From the human T2T-CHM13v2.0 reference genome, Homo sapiens, in the NCBI RefSeq assembly GCF_009914755.1, contig NC_060925.1: a stretch of 64,000 nt of DNA; one strand, 5' to 3'. How positions within the stretch are numbered: the first letter of the stretch is position 1; every line of letters begins with the position of its first letter. A program made the position numbers and the translations under genes. This document shows, piece by piece, positions 1 through 11,400 of this stretch. The notes under the pieces are model-generated. The model did no database searches and had not been told where the DNA came from. It saw only the letters and a list, made by a program, of their open reading frames with translations.

Positions 1-2024
1 CGAATGGAATCATCTAATGGAATGGAATGGAATAATCCACGCACTCGAATGCAATCATCATCGTATAGAATCGAATGGAATCATCGAATGGACTCGAATG
101 GATTAATCATTGAACGGAATCAAATGGAATCATCATCGAATGGAAACGAATGGAATCATCATCGAATGGAAATGAAAAGAGTCATCATCTAATGGAATTG
201 CATGGAATCATCATAAAATGGAATCGAATGGAATCAACATCAAATGGAATCAAATGGAATCATTGAACGGAATTGAATGGAATCGTCATCGAATGAATTG
301 AATGCAATCATCGAATGGTCTCGAATGGAATCATCTTCTAATGGAAAGGAAAGGAATCATCGCATAGAATCGAATGGAATTAAAATTGAATGGACTCGAA
401 TGGAATCAACATCAAACAGAATAAAACGGAATTATCGAATGGAATCGAAGAGAATCATCGAATGGACCCGAATGTAATCATCTAATGGAATGGAATGGAA
501 TAATCCATGGACTCGAATGCAATCATCATCGAATGGAATCGAATGGAATCATCGAATGGACACGAATGGAATAATCATTGAACGGAATCGAATGGAATCA
601 TCATCGGATGGAAAGGAATGGAATCATCATCGAATGGAAATGAAAGGAGTCATGTAATGGAATTCCATGGAATCATCATAAAATGGAATCGAATGGAATC
701 AACATCAAATGGAATCCAATGGAATCATTGAACGGAATTGAATGGAATCGTCATCGAATGAATTGAATGCAATCATCGAATGGTCTCGAATGGAATCATC
801 TTCAAATGGAATGGAGTGGAATCATCGCATAGAATCGAATGGAATTATCATCGAATGGAATCGAATGGAATCAACATCAAACGGAAAAAAACGGAATTAT
901 CGAATGGAATCGAAGAGAATCATCGAATGGACCCGAATGGAATCATCTAATGGAATGGAATGGAATAATCCATGGACTCGAATGCAATCAACATCGAATG
1001 GAATCGAATGGAATCATCGAATGGACTCGAATGGAATAATCATCGAACGGAATCGAATGGAATCATCATCGGATGGAAATGAATGGAATCATCATCGAAT
1101 GGAATCGAATAGAATTATGGAATGAAATCCAGTGTGATCATCATCGAATGGACCCGAATGGAATCATCATCCAATGGAAACTAATGGAATCAACATGGAA
1201 TGAATCGAATGGAAACACCATCGAATTGAAACGAATGGAATTATCATGAAATTGAAATGGATGGACTCATCATCGAATGGATTCGAATGGAATCATCGAA
1301 TAAAATTGATTGAAATCATCATCAAATGGAATCGAATGGTATCATTGAATGGAATCGAATGGAATCATCATCAGATGGAAATGAATGGAATCGTCATAGA
1401 ATGGAATCGAATGGATTCATTGAATGGAATCAGATGGAATCATCGAATGGACTGGAATGGAATCATTGAATGGACTCGAAAGGGATCATTATTGAATGGA
1501 ATTGAATGGAATCATCGAATGGTCTCGATTGGAATCATTATCAAATGGAATCGAATGGAATCACCGAATAGAATCGAATGGAACAATCATCGAATGGACT
1601 CAAATGGAATTATCCTCAAATGGAATCGAATGGAATTATCGAATGCAATCGAATGGAATTATCGAATGCAATCGAATAGAATCATCGAATGGATTCGAAT
1701 GGAATCATCGAATGGAATGGAATGGAACAGTCAATGAACTCGAATGGAATCATCATTGAATGGAATCGAATGGAATCATCGAGTGGAATCGAATGGAATT
1801 ATGATCAAATGGAATGTAATGTAATCATCATAAAATGGAATCAAAAATAACCATCATCAATTGGTATTGAATGGAATTGTCATCAAATGGAATTCAAAGG
1901 AATCATCATCAAATGGAACCGAATGGAATCCTCATTGAATGGAAATGAAAGGGGTCATCATCTAATGGAATCGCATGGAATCATCATCAAATGGAATCGA
2001 ATGGAATCATCATCAAATGGAATC

Positions 2025-2035
2025 TAATGGAATCA
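2025..2035 (+). promoter_or_regulatory. DUX4 consensus match TAATGGAATCA (representative; also 1182-1192; about two per unit)
   Basis: Exact match to the DUX4 double-homeodomain consensus TAAYBBAATCA. DUX4 binding and activation of HSATII is established, but occupancy of these particular sites is not shown by sequence. Confidence 0.45.
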
Positions 2036-2517
2036 TTGAACAGAATTGAATGGAATCGTCATCGAATGAATTGAATGCAATCATCGAATTGTCTCGAATG
2101 GAATCATCTTCTAATGGAAATGAATGGAATCATCGCATAGAATCGAATGGAATTAACATTGAATGGACTCGAATGGAATCCACATGAAACGGAATCAAGC
2201 GGAATTATCGAATGGAATCGAAGAGAATCATCGAATGGACTCGAATGGAATCACCTAATGGAATGGAATGGAATAATCCATGGACTCGAATGCAATCATC
2301 ATCGAATGGAATCGAATGGAATCATCGAATGGACTCGAATGGAATAATCATTGAACGGAATCGAATGGAATCATCATCGGATTGAAACGAATGGAATCAT
2401 CATCGAATGGAAATGAAAGGAGTCATCATCTAATGGAATTTCATGGAATCATCATAAAATGGAATCGAATGGAATCGACATCAAATGGAATCAACTGGAA
2501 ACATTGAACGAAGTTGA

Positions 2518-2985
2518 ATGGAATCGTCGTCAAATAAATTGAATGCAATCATCGAATGGTCTCGAATGGAATCATCTTCAAATGGAATGGAGTGGAATCA
2601 TCGCATAGAATCAAATGGAATTATCATCGAATGGAATCGAATGGAATCAACATCAAACGGAAAAAAACGGAATTATCGAATGGAATCGAAGAGAATCATC
2701 GAACGGACCCGAATGGAATCATCTAATGGAATGGAATGGAATAATCAACGGACTCGAATGCAATCATCATCGTATAGAATCGAATGGAATCATCGAATGG
2801 ACTCGAATGGAATAATCATTGAACGGAATCGAATGGAATCATCATCGGATGGAAACGAATGGAATCATCATCGAATGGAAATGAAAGGAGTCATCATCTA
2901 ATGGAAATGCATGGAATCATCATAAAATGGAATCGAATGGAATCAACATCAAATGGAATCAAATGGAATCATTGAACGGAATTGA
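2518..2985 (+). repeat. Representative 468-bp internal module (A module)
   Basis: The module start ATGGAATCGTC recurs every 468 bp: 2050/2518/2986, 4294/4762, 6070/6538/7006/7474, 20958/21426/21894, 33605/34073/34541. Confidence 0.92.
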
Positions 2986-3489
2986 ATGGAATCGTCATCG
3001 ACTGAATTGAATGCAATCATCGAATGGTCTCGAATGGAATCACCTTCAAATGGAATGGAATGGAATCATCGCATAGAATCGAATGGAATTATCATCGAAT
3101 GCAATCGAATGGAATCAACATCAAAAGGAAAAAAACGGAATTATCGAATGGAATCGAAGACAATCATCGAACGGACCCGAATGGAATCATCTAATGGAAT
3201 GGAATGGAATAATCCGTGGACTCGAATGCAATCATCATCGAATGGAATCGAATGGAATCATCGAATGGACTCGAATGGAATAATCATTGAATGTAATCGA
3301 ATGGAATCATCATCGGATGGAAATGAATGGAATCATCACCGAATGGAATCGAATAGAATTATGGAATGAAATCCAGTGTGATCATCATCGAATGGACCCG
3401 AATGGAATCATCATCCAACGGAAGCTAATGGAATCAACATCGAATGAATCAAATGGAAACACCATCGAATTGAAACGAATGGAATTACC

Positions 3490-5265
3490 ATGAAATTGAA
3501 ATGGATGGACTCATCATCGAATGGATTCGAAAGGAATCATCGAATAAAATTGATTGAAATCATCATCGAATGGAATCGAATGGTATCATTGAATGGAATC
3601 GAATGGAATCATCATCAGATGGAAATGAATGGAATCGTCATAGAATGGAATCGAATGGATTCATTGAATGGAATCAGATGGAATCATCGAATGGACTGGA
3701 ATGGAATCATTGAATGGACTCGAAAGAGATCATGATTGAATGGAATTGAATGGAATCATCGAATGGTCTCGATTGGAATCATTATCAAATGGAATCGAAT
3801 GGAATCACCGAATAGAATCGAATGGAACAATCATCGAATGGACTCAAATGGAATTATCCTCCAATGGAATCGAATGGAATTATCGAATGCAATCGAATGG
3901 AATTATCGAATGCAATCGAATAGAATCATCGAATGGACTCGAATGGAATCATCGAATGGAATGGAATGGAACAGTCAATGAACTCGAATGGAATCATCAT
4001 TGAATGGAATCGAATGGAATCATCGAGTGGAATCGAATGGAATTATGATCAAATGGAATCGAATGTAATCATCATCAAATGGAATCAAAAATAACCATCA
4101 TCAATTGGTATTGAATGGAATTGTCATCAAATGGAATTCAAAGGAATCATCATCAAATGGAACCGAATGGAATCCTCATTGAATGGAAATGAAAGGGGTC
4201 ATCATCTAATGGAATCGCATGGAATCATCATCAAATGGAATCGAATGGAATCATCATCAAATGGAATCTAATGGAATCATTGAAGAGAATTGAATGGAAT
4301 CGTCATCGAATGAATTGAATGCAATCATCGAATGGTCTCGAATGGAATCATCTTCTAATGGAAAGGAATGGAATCATCGCATAGAATCGAATGGAATTAT
4401 CATCGAATGGAATCGAATGGTATCAACACCAAACGGAAAAAAACGGAGTTATCGAATGGAATCGAAGAGAATCTTCGAACGGACCCGAATGGAATCATCT
4501 AATGGAATGGAATGGAATAATCCATGGACTCGAATGCAATCATCATCGAATGGAATCGAATGGAATCATTGAATGGACTCGAATGGAATAATCATTGAAC
4601 GGAATCGAATGGAATCATCATCGGATGGAAACGAATGGAATCATCATCGAATGGAAATGAAAGGAGTCATCATCTAATGGAATTGCATGGAATCATCATA
4701 AAATGGAATCGAATGGAATCAACATCAAATGGAATCAAATGGAATCATTGAACGGAATTGAATGGAATCGTCATCGAATGAATTGAATGCAATCATCGAA
4801 TGGTCTCGAATGGAATCATCTTCAAATGGAATGGAATGGAATCATCGCATAGAATCGAATGGAATTATCATCGAATGGAATCGAATGGAATCAACATCAA
4901 ACGGAAAAAAACGGAATTATCGAATGGAATCGAAAAGAATCATCGAATGGACCCGAATGGAATCATCTAATGGAATGGAATGGAATAATCCATGGACTCG
5001 AATGCAATCATCATCGAATGGAATCGAATGGAATCATCGAATGGACTCGAATGGAATAATCATTGAACGGAATCGAATGGAATCATCATCGGATGGAAAT
5101 GAATGGAATCATCATCGAATGGAATCGAATAGAATTATGGAATGAAATCCAGTGTGATCATCATCGAATGGATCCGAATGGAATCATCATCCAACGGCAG
5201 CTAATGGAATCAACATCGAATGAATCGAATGGAAACACCATCGAATTGAAACGAATGGAATTATC
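3490..5265 (+). repeat. Representative canonical 1776-bp unit (n=2)
   Basis: The once-per-unit landmark ATGAAATTGAAATGGATGGAC lies at 3490 and 5266. The same 1776 spacing recurs at 13051-14827, 16602-18378-20154, 22398-24174, 26120-27896, 31126-32902, 51104-52880 and 59135-60911. Confidence 0.93.
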
Positions 5266-7977
5266 ATGAAATTGAAATGGATGGACTCATCATCGAATGG
5301 ATTCGAATGGAATCATCGAATAAAATTGATTGAAATCATCATCAAATGGAATCGAATGGTATCATTGAATGGAATCGAATGGAATCATCATCAGATGGAA
5401 ATGAATGGAATCGTCATAGAACGGAATCGAATGGATTCATTGAATGGAATCAGATGGAATCATCGAATGGACTGGAATGGAATCATTGAATGGACTCGAA
5501 AGGGATCATTATTGAATGGAATTGAATGGAATCATCGAATGGTCTCGATTGGAATCATTATCAAATGGAATCGAATGGAATCACCGAATGGAATCGAATG
5601 GAACAATCATCGAATGGACTCAAATGGAATTATCCTCAAATGGAATGGAATGGAATTATCGAATGCAATCGAATGGAATTATCGAATGCAATCGAATAGA
5701 ATCATCGAATGCACTCGAATGGAATCATCGAATGGAATGGAATGGAACAGTCAATGAACTCGAATGGAATCATCATTGAATGGAATCGAATGGAATCATC
5801 GAGTGGAATCGAATGGAATTATGATCAAATGGAATCGAATGTAATCATCATCAAATGGAATCAAAAATAACCATCATCAATTGGTATTGAATGGAATTGT
5901 CATCAAATGGAATTCAAAGGAATCATCATCAAATGGAACCGAATGGAATCCTCATTGAATGGAAATGAAAGGGGTCATCATCTAATGGAATCGCATGGAA
6001 TCATCATCAAATGGAATCGAAAGGAATCATCATCAAATGGAATCTGATGGAATCATTGAACAGAATTGAATGGAATCGTCATCGAATGAATTGAATGCAC
6101 TCATCGAATGGTCTCGAATGGAATCATCTTCTAATGGAAAGGAATGGAATCATCGCATAAAATCGAATGGAATTAACATTGAATGGACTCGAATGGAATC
6201 AACATCAAACGGAATCAAGCGGAATTATCGAATGGAATCGAAGAGAATCATAGAATGGACTCGAATGTAATCATCTAATGGAATGGAATGGAATAATCCA
6301 CGGACCCGAATGCAATCATCTTCGAATGGAATCGAATGGAATCATCGAATGGACTCGAATGGAATAATCGTTGAACGGAATCGAATGGAATCATCATTGG
6401 ATGGAAACGAATGGAATCATCATCGAATGGAAATGAAAGGAGTCATCATCTAATGGAATTGCATGGAATCATCATCAAATGGAATCGAATGGAATCAACA
6501 TCAGATGGAATCAAATGGAATCATTGAACGGAATTGAATGGAATCGTCATCGAATGAATTGAATGCAATCATCGAATGGTCTCGAATGGAATCATATTCA
6601 AATGGAATGGAATGGAATCATTGCATAGAATCGAATGGAATTATCATCGAATGGCATCGAATGGTATCAACATCAAACGGAAAAAAACGGAATTATCGAA
6701 TGGAATCGAAGAGAATCATCGAACGGACCCGAATGGAATCATCTAATGGAATGGAATGGAATAATCCATGGACTCGAATGCAATCATCATCGAATGGAAT
6801 CGAATGGAATCATCGAATGGACTCGAATGGAATAATCATTGAACGGAATCGAATGGAATCATCATAGGATGGAAACGAATGGAATCATCATCGAATGGAA
6901 ATGAAAGGAGTCATCATCTAATGGAATTGCATGGAATCATCATAAAATGGAATCGAATGGAATCAACATCAAATGGAATCAAATGGAATCATTGAACGGA
7001 ATTGAATGGAATCGTCATCGACTGAATTGAATGCAATCATCGAATGGTCTCGAATGGAATCACCTTCAAATGGAATGGAATGGAATCATCGCATAGAATC
7101 GAATGGAATTATCATCGAATGCAATCGAATGGAATCAACATCAAAAGGAAAAAAACGGAATTATCGAATGGAATCGAAGACAATCATCGAACGGACCCGA
7201 ATGGAATCATCTAATGGAATGGAATGGAATAATGCACGGACTCGAATGCAATCATCATCGAATGGAATCGAATCGAATCATCGAATGGACTCGAATGGAA
7301 TAATCATTGAACGGAATCGAATGGAATCATCTTCGGATGGAAACGAATGGAATCATCATGGAATGGAAATGAGAGGAATCATCATCTAATGGAATTGCAT
7401 GGAATCATCATAAAATGGAATCGAATGGAATCAACATCAAATGGAATCAAATGGAATCATTGAACGGAATTGAATGGAATCGTCATCGAATGAATTGAAT
7501 GCAATCATCGAATGGTCTCGAATGGAATCATCTTCAAATGGAATGGAATGGAATCATCGCATAGAATCGAATGGAATTATCATCGAATGGAATCGAATGG
7601 AATCAACATCAAACGGAAAAAAACGGAATTATCGAATGGAATCGAAGAGAATCATCGAATGGACCCGAATGGAATCATCTAATGGAATGGAATGGAATAA
7701 TCCGTGGACTCGAATGTAATCATCATCGAATGGAATCGAATGGAATCATCGAATGGACTCGAATGGAATAATCATTGAACGGAATCGAATGGAATCATCA
7801 TCGGATGGAAACGAATGGAATCATCATCGAATGGAATCGAATAGAATTATGGAATGAAATCCAGTGTGATCATCATCGAATGGACCTGAATGGAATCATC
7901 ATCCAACGGATGCTAATGGAATCAACATCGAATGAATCAAATGGAAACACCATCGAATTGAAACGAATGGAATTACC
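5266..7977 (+). repeat. 2712-bp unit variant (four 468-bp modules)
   Basis: Landmark spacing 5266 to 7978 is 2712, with modules starting at 6070, 6538, 7006 and 7474. Confidence 0.9.
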
Positions 7978-10469
7978 ATGAAATTGAAATGGATGGACTC
8001 ATCATCGAATGGATTCGAATGGAATCATCGAATAAAATTGATTGAAATCATCATCGAATGGAATCGAATGGTATCATGGAATGGAATCGAATGGAATCAT
8101 CATCAGATGGAAATGAATGGAATCGTCATAGAATGCAATCGAATGGATTCATTGAATGGAATCAGATGGAATCATCGAATGGACTGGAATGGAATCATTG
8201 AATGGACTCGAAAGGGATCATTGTTGAATGGAATTGAATGGAATCATCGAAAGGTCTCGATTGGAATCATTATCAAATGGAATCGAATGGAATCACCGAA
8301 TAGAATCAAATGGAACAATCATCGAATGGACTCAAATGGAATTATCCTCAAATGGAATCGAATGGAATTATCGAATGCAATCGAATGGAATTATCGAATG
8401 TAATCGAATAGAATCATCGAATGGACTCGAATGGAATCATCGAATGGAATGGAATGGAACAGTCAATGAACTCGAATGGAATCATTGAATGGAATCGAAT
8501 GGAATCATCGAGTGGAATCGAATGGAATTATGATCAAATGGAATCGAATGTAATCATCATCAAATGGAATCAAAAATAACCATCATCAATTGGTATTGAA
8601 TGGAATTGTCATCAAATGGAATTCAAAGGAATCATCATCAAACGGAACCGAATGGAATCCTCATTGAATGGAAATGAAAGGGGTCATCATCTAATGGAAT
8701 CGCATGGAATCATCATCAAATGGAATCGAATGGAATCATCATCAAATGGAATCTAATGGAATCATTGAACAGAATTGAATGGAATCGTCATCGAATGAAT
8801 TGAATGCAATCATCGAATGGTCTCGAATGGAATCATCTTCTAATGGAAAGGAATGGAATCATCGCATAGAATCGAATGGAATTATCATCGAATGGAATCG
8901 AATGGTATCAACACCAAACGGAAAAAAACGGAATTATCGAATGGAATCGAAGAGAATCTTCGAACGGACCCGAATGGAATCATCTAATGGAATGGAATGG
9001 AATAATCCATGGACTCGAATGCAATCATCATCGAATGGAATCGAATGGAATCATCGAATGGACTCGAATGGAATAATCATTGAACGGAATCAAATGGAAT
9101 CATCATCGGATGGAAACGAATGGAATCATCATCGAATGGAAATGAAAGGAGTCATCATCTAATGGAATTGCATGGAATCATCATAAAATGGAATCGAATG
9201 GAATCAACATCAAATGGAATCAAATGGAATCATTGAACGGAATTGAATGGAATCGTCATCGAATGAATTGACTGCAATCATCGAATGGTCTCGAATGGAA
9301 TCATCTTCAAATGGAATGGAATGGAATCATCGCATAGAATCGAATGGAATTATCATCGAATGGAATCGAATGGAATCATCGCATAGAATCGAATGGAATT
9401 ATCATCGAATGGAATCGAATGGAATCAATATCAAACGGAAAAAAACAGAATTATCGTATGGAATCGAAGAGAATCATCGAATGGACCCGAATGGAATCAT
9501 CTAATGGAATGGAATGGAATAATCCATGGACTCGAATGCAATCATCATCGAATGGAATCGAATGGAATCATCGAATGGACTCGAATGGAATAATCATTGA
9601 ACGGAATCGAATGGAATCATCATCGGATGGAAATGAATGGAATCATCATCGAATGGAATCGAATAGAATTATGGAATGAAATCCAGTGTGATCATCATCG
9701 AATGGACCCGAATGGAATCATCATCCAACGGAAGCTAATGGAATCAACATCGAATGAATCGAATGGAAACACCATCGAATTGAAACGAATGGAATTATCA
9801 TGAAATTGAAATGGATGGACTCATCATCGAATGGATTCGAATGGAATCATCGAATAAAATTGATTGAAATCATCATCAAATGGAATTGAATGGTATCATT
9901 GAATGGAATCGAATGGAATCATCATCAGATGGAAATGAATGGAATCGTCATAGAATGGAATCGAATGGATTCATTGAATGGAATCAGATGGAATCATCGA
10001 ATGGACTGGAATGGAATCATTGAATGGACTCGAAAGGGATCATGATTGAATGGAATTGAATGGAATCATCGAATGGTCTCGATTGGAATCATTATCAAAT
10101 GGAATCGAATGGAATCATCGAATAGAATCAAATGGAACAATCATCGAATGGACTCAAATGGAATTATCCTCAAATGGAATCGAATGGAATTATCGAATGC
10201 AATCGAATGGAATTATCGAATGCAATCGAATAGAATCATCGAATGGACTCGAATGGAATCATCGAATGGAATGGAATGGAACAGTCAATGAACTCGAATG
10301 GAATCATCATTGAATGGAATCGAATGGAATCATCGAGTGGAATCGAATGGAATTATGATCAAATGGAATCGAATGTAATCATCATCAAATGGAATCAAAA
10401 ATAACCATCATCAATTGGTATTGAATGGAATTGTCATCAAATGGAATTCAAAGGAATCATCATCAAATA

Positions 10470-11400
10470 GAACCGAATGGAATCCTCATTGAATGGAAAT
10501 GAAAGGGTCATCATCTAATGGAATCGCATGGAATCATCATCAAATGGAATCTAATGGAATCATTGGACGGAATTGAATGGAATCGTCATCGAATGAATTG
10601 AATGCAATCATTGAATGGTCTCGAACGGAATCATCTTCCAATGGAATGGCATGGAATCATCGCATAGAATCGAATGGAATTATCATCGAATGGACTCGAA
10701 TGGAATCAACCTCAAAAGGAATCAAACGGAATTATCGAATGGAATCGAAGAGAATCATCGAATGGACTCGAATGGAATCATCTAATGGAATGGAACGGAA
10801 TAATCCAACGACTCGAATGCAATCATCATCGAATGGAATCGAATGGAATCATCGAATGGACTCGAATGGAATAATCATTGAACGGAATCAAATGGAATCA
10901 TCATCGAAAGGAATCGAATGGAATCATCCAATGGAATCAGATGGAATCATCATCAAATTGAATCGAATAGAATTATGGAATGAAATCCAATGTGATCATC
11001 ATCGAATGGACTCGAATGGATTCATCATCCAATGGAAACTAATGGAATCAACATCAAATGGAATCGAATGGAAACACCATCGAATTGAAACGAATGGAAT
11101 TATCATGAAATTGAAATGGATGGACTCATCATTGAATGGATTCGAATGGAATCATCGAATGAAATTGATTGAAATCATCATCAAATGGAATCGAATGGAA
11201 TCATTGAATGGAATCGAATTGAATCACCATAGAATGGAATCGAATAGATTCATTGAATGGAATCAGACGGAATCATCAAATGGACTTGAATGGAATCATT
11301 GAATGGACTGGAATGGAATCATTATTGAATGGAATCGAATGGAATCATCGAATGGACTCGAATGGAATAATCATTGAACGGAATCGAATGGAATCATCAT
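10470..11400 (+). repeat. Divergent HSat2 variant island
   Basis: Dense private substitutions and indels relative to all other units, e.g. CATTGGACGG, AACCTCAAAAGGAATC, AAATCCAATGTGAT, GAATCAGACGG, plus about 170 bp of extra subunits. Confidence 0.8.

Larger units (their letters stand above)
1246..3489 (+). repeat. 2244-bp unit variant (three 468-bp modules)
   Basis: Landmark spacing 1246 to 3490 is 2244 = 1776+468. The same spacing occurs at 20154-22398, 54647-56891-59135 and 60911-63155. Confidence 0.9.

Noticed and set aside
882-895. CGGAAAAAAACGG A-tract as a retroposon tail or terminator
   Set aside because: It is only seven A's and is a fixed part of the 468-bp module, alternating with the variant CGGAATCAAGCGG. 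There is no associated element.
952-966. HSat3 assignment or HSF1-type element suggested by (GGAAT)3 runs
   Set aside because: Pure pentamer runs are short. The dominant ATCATCGAATGG pattern and high CpG content are diagnostic of HSat2 rather than HSat3.
1289-1294. AATAAA once per unit as a polyadenylation signal
   Set aside because: It is expected by chance in A-rich repeat DNA, has no evident downstream GU-rich element, and there is no transcript evidence from sequence alone.
10577-11302. Longest ORF (241 aa)
   Set aside because: It arises because indels in the divergent island fuse the repeat frames. It is the same low-complexity satellite translation with no evidence of coding function.
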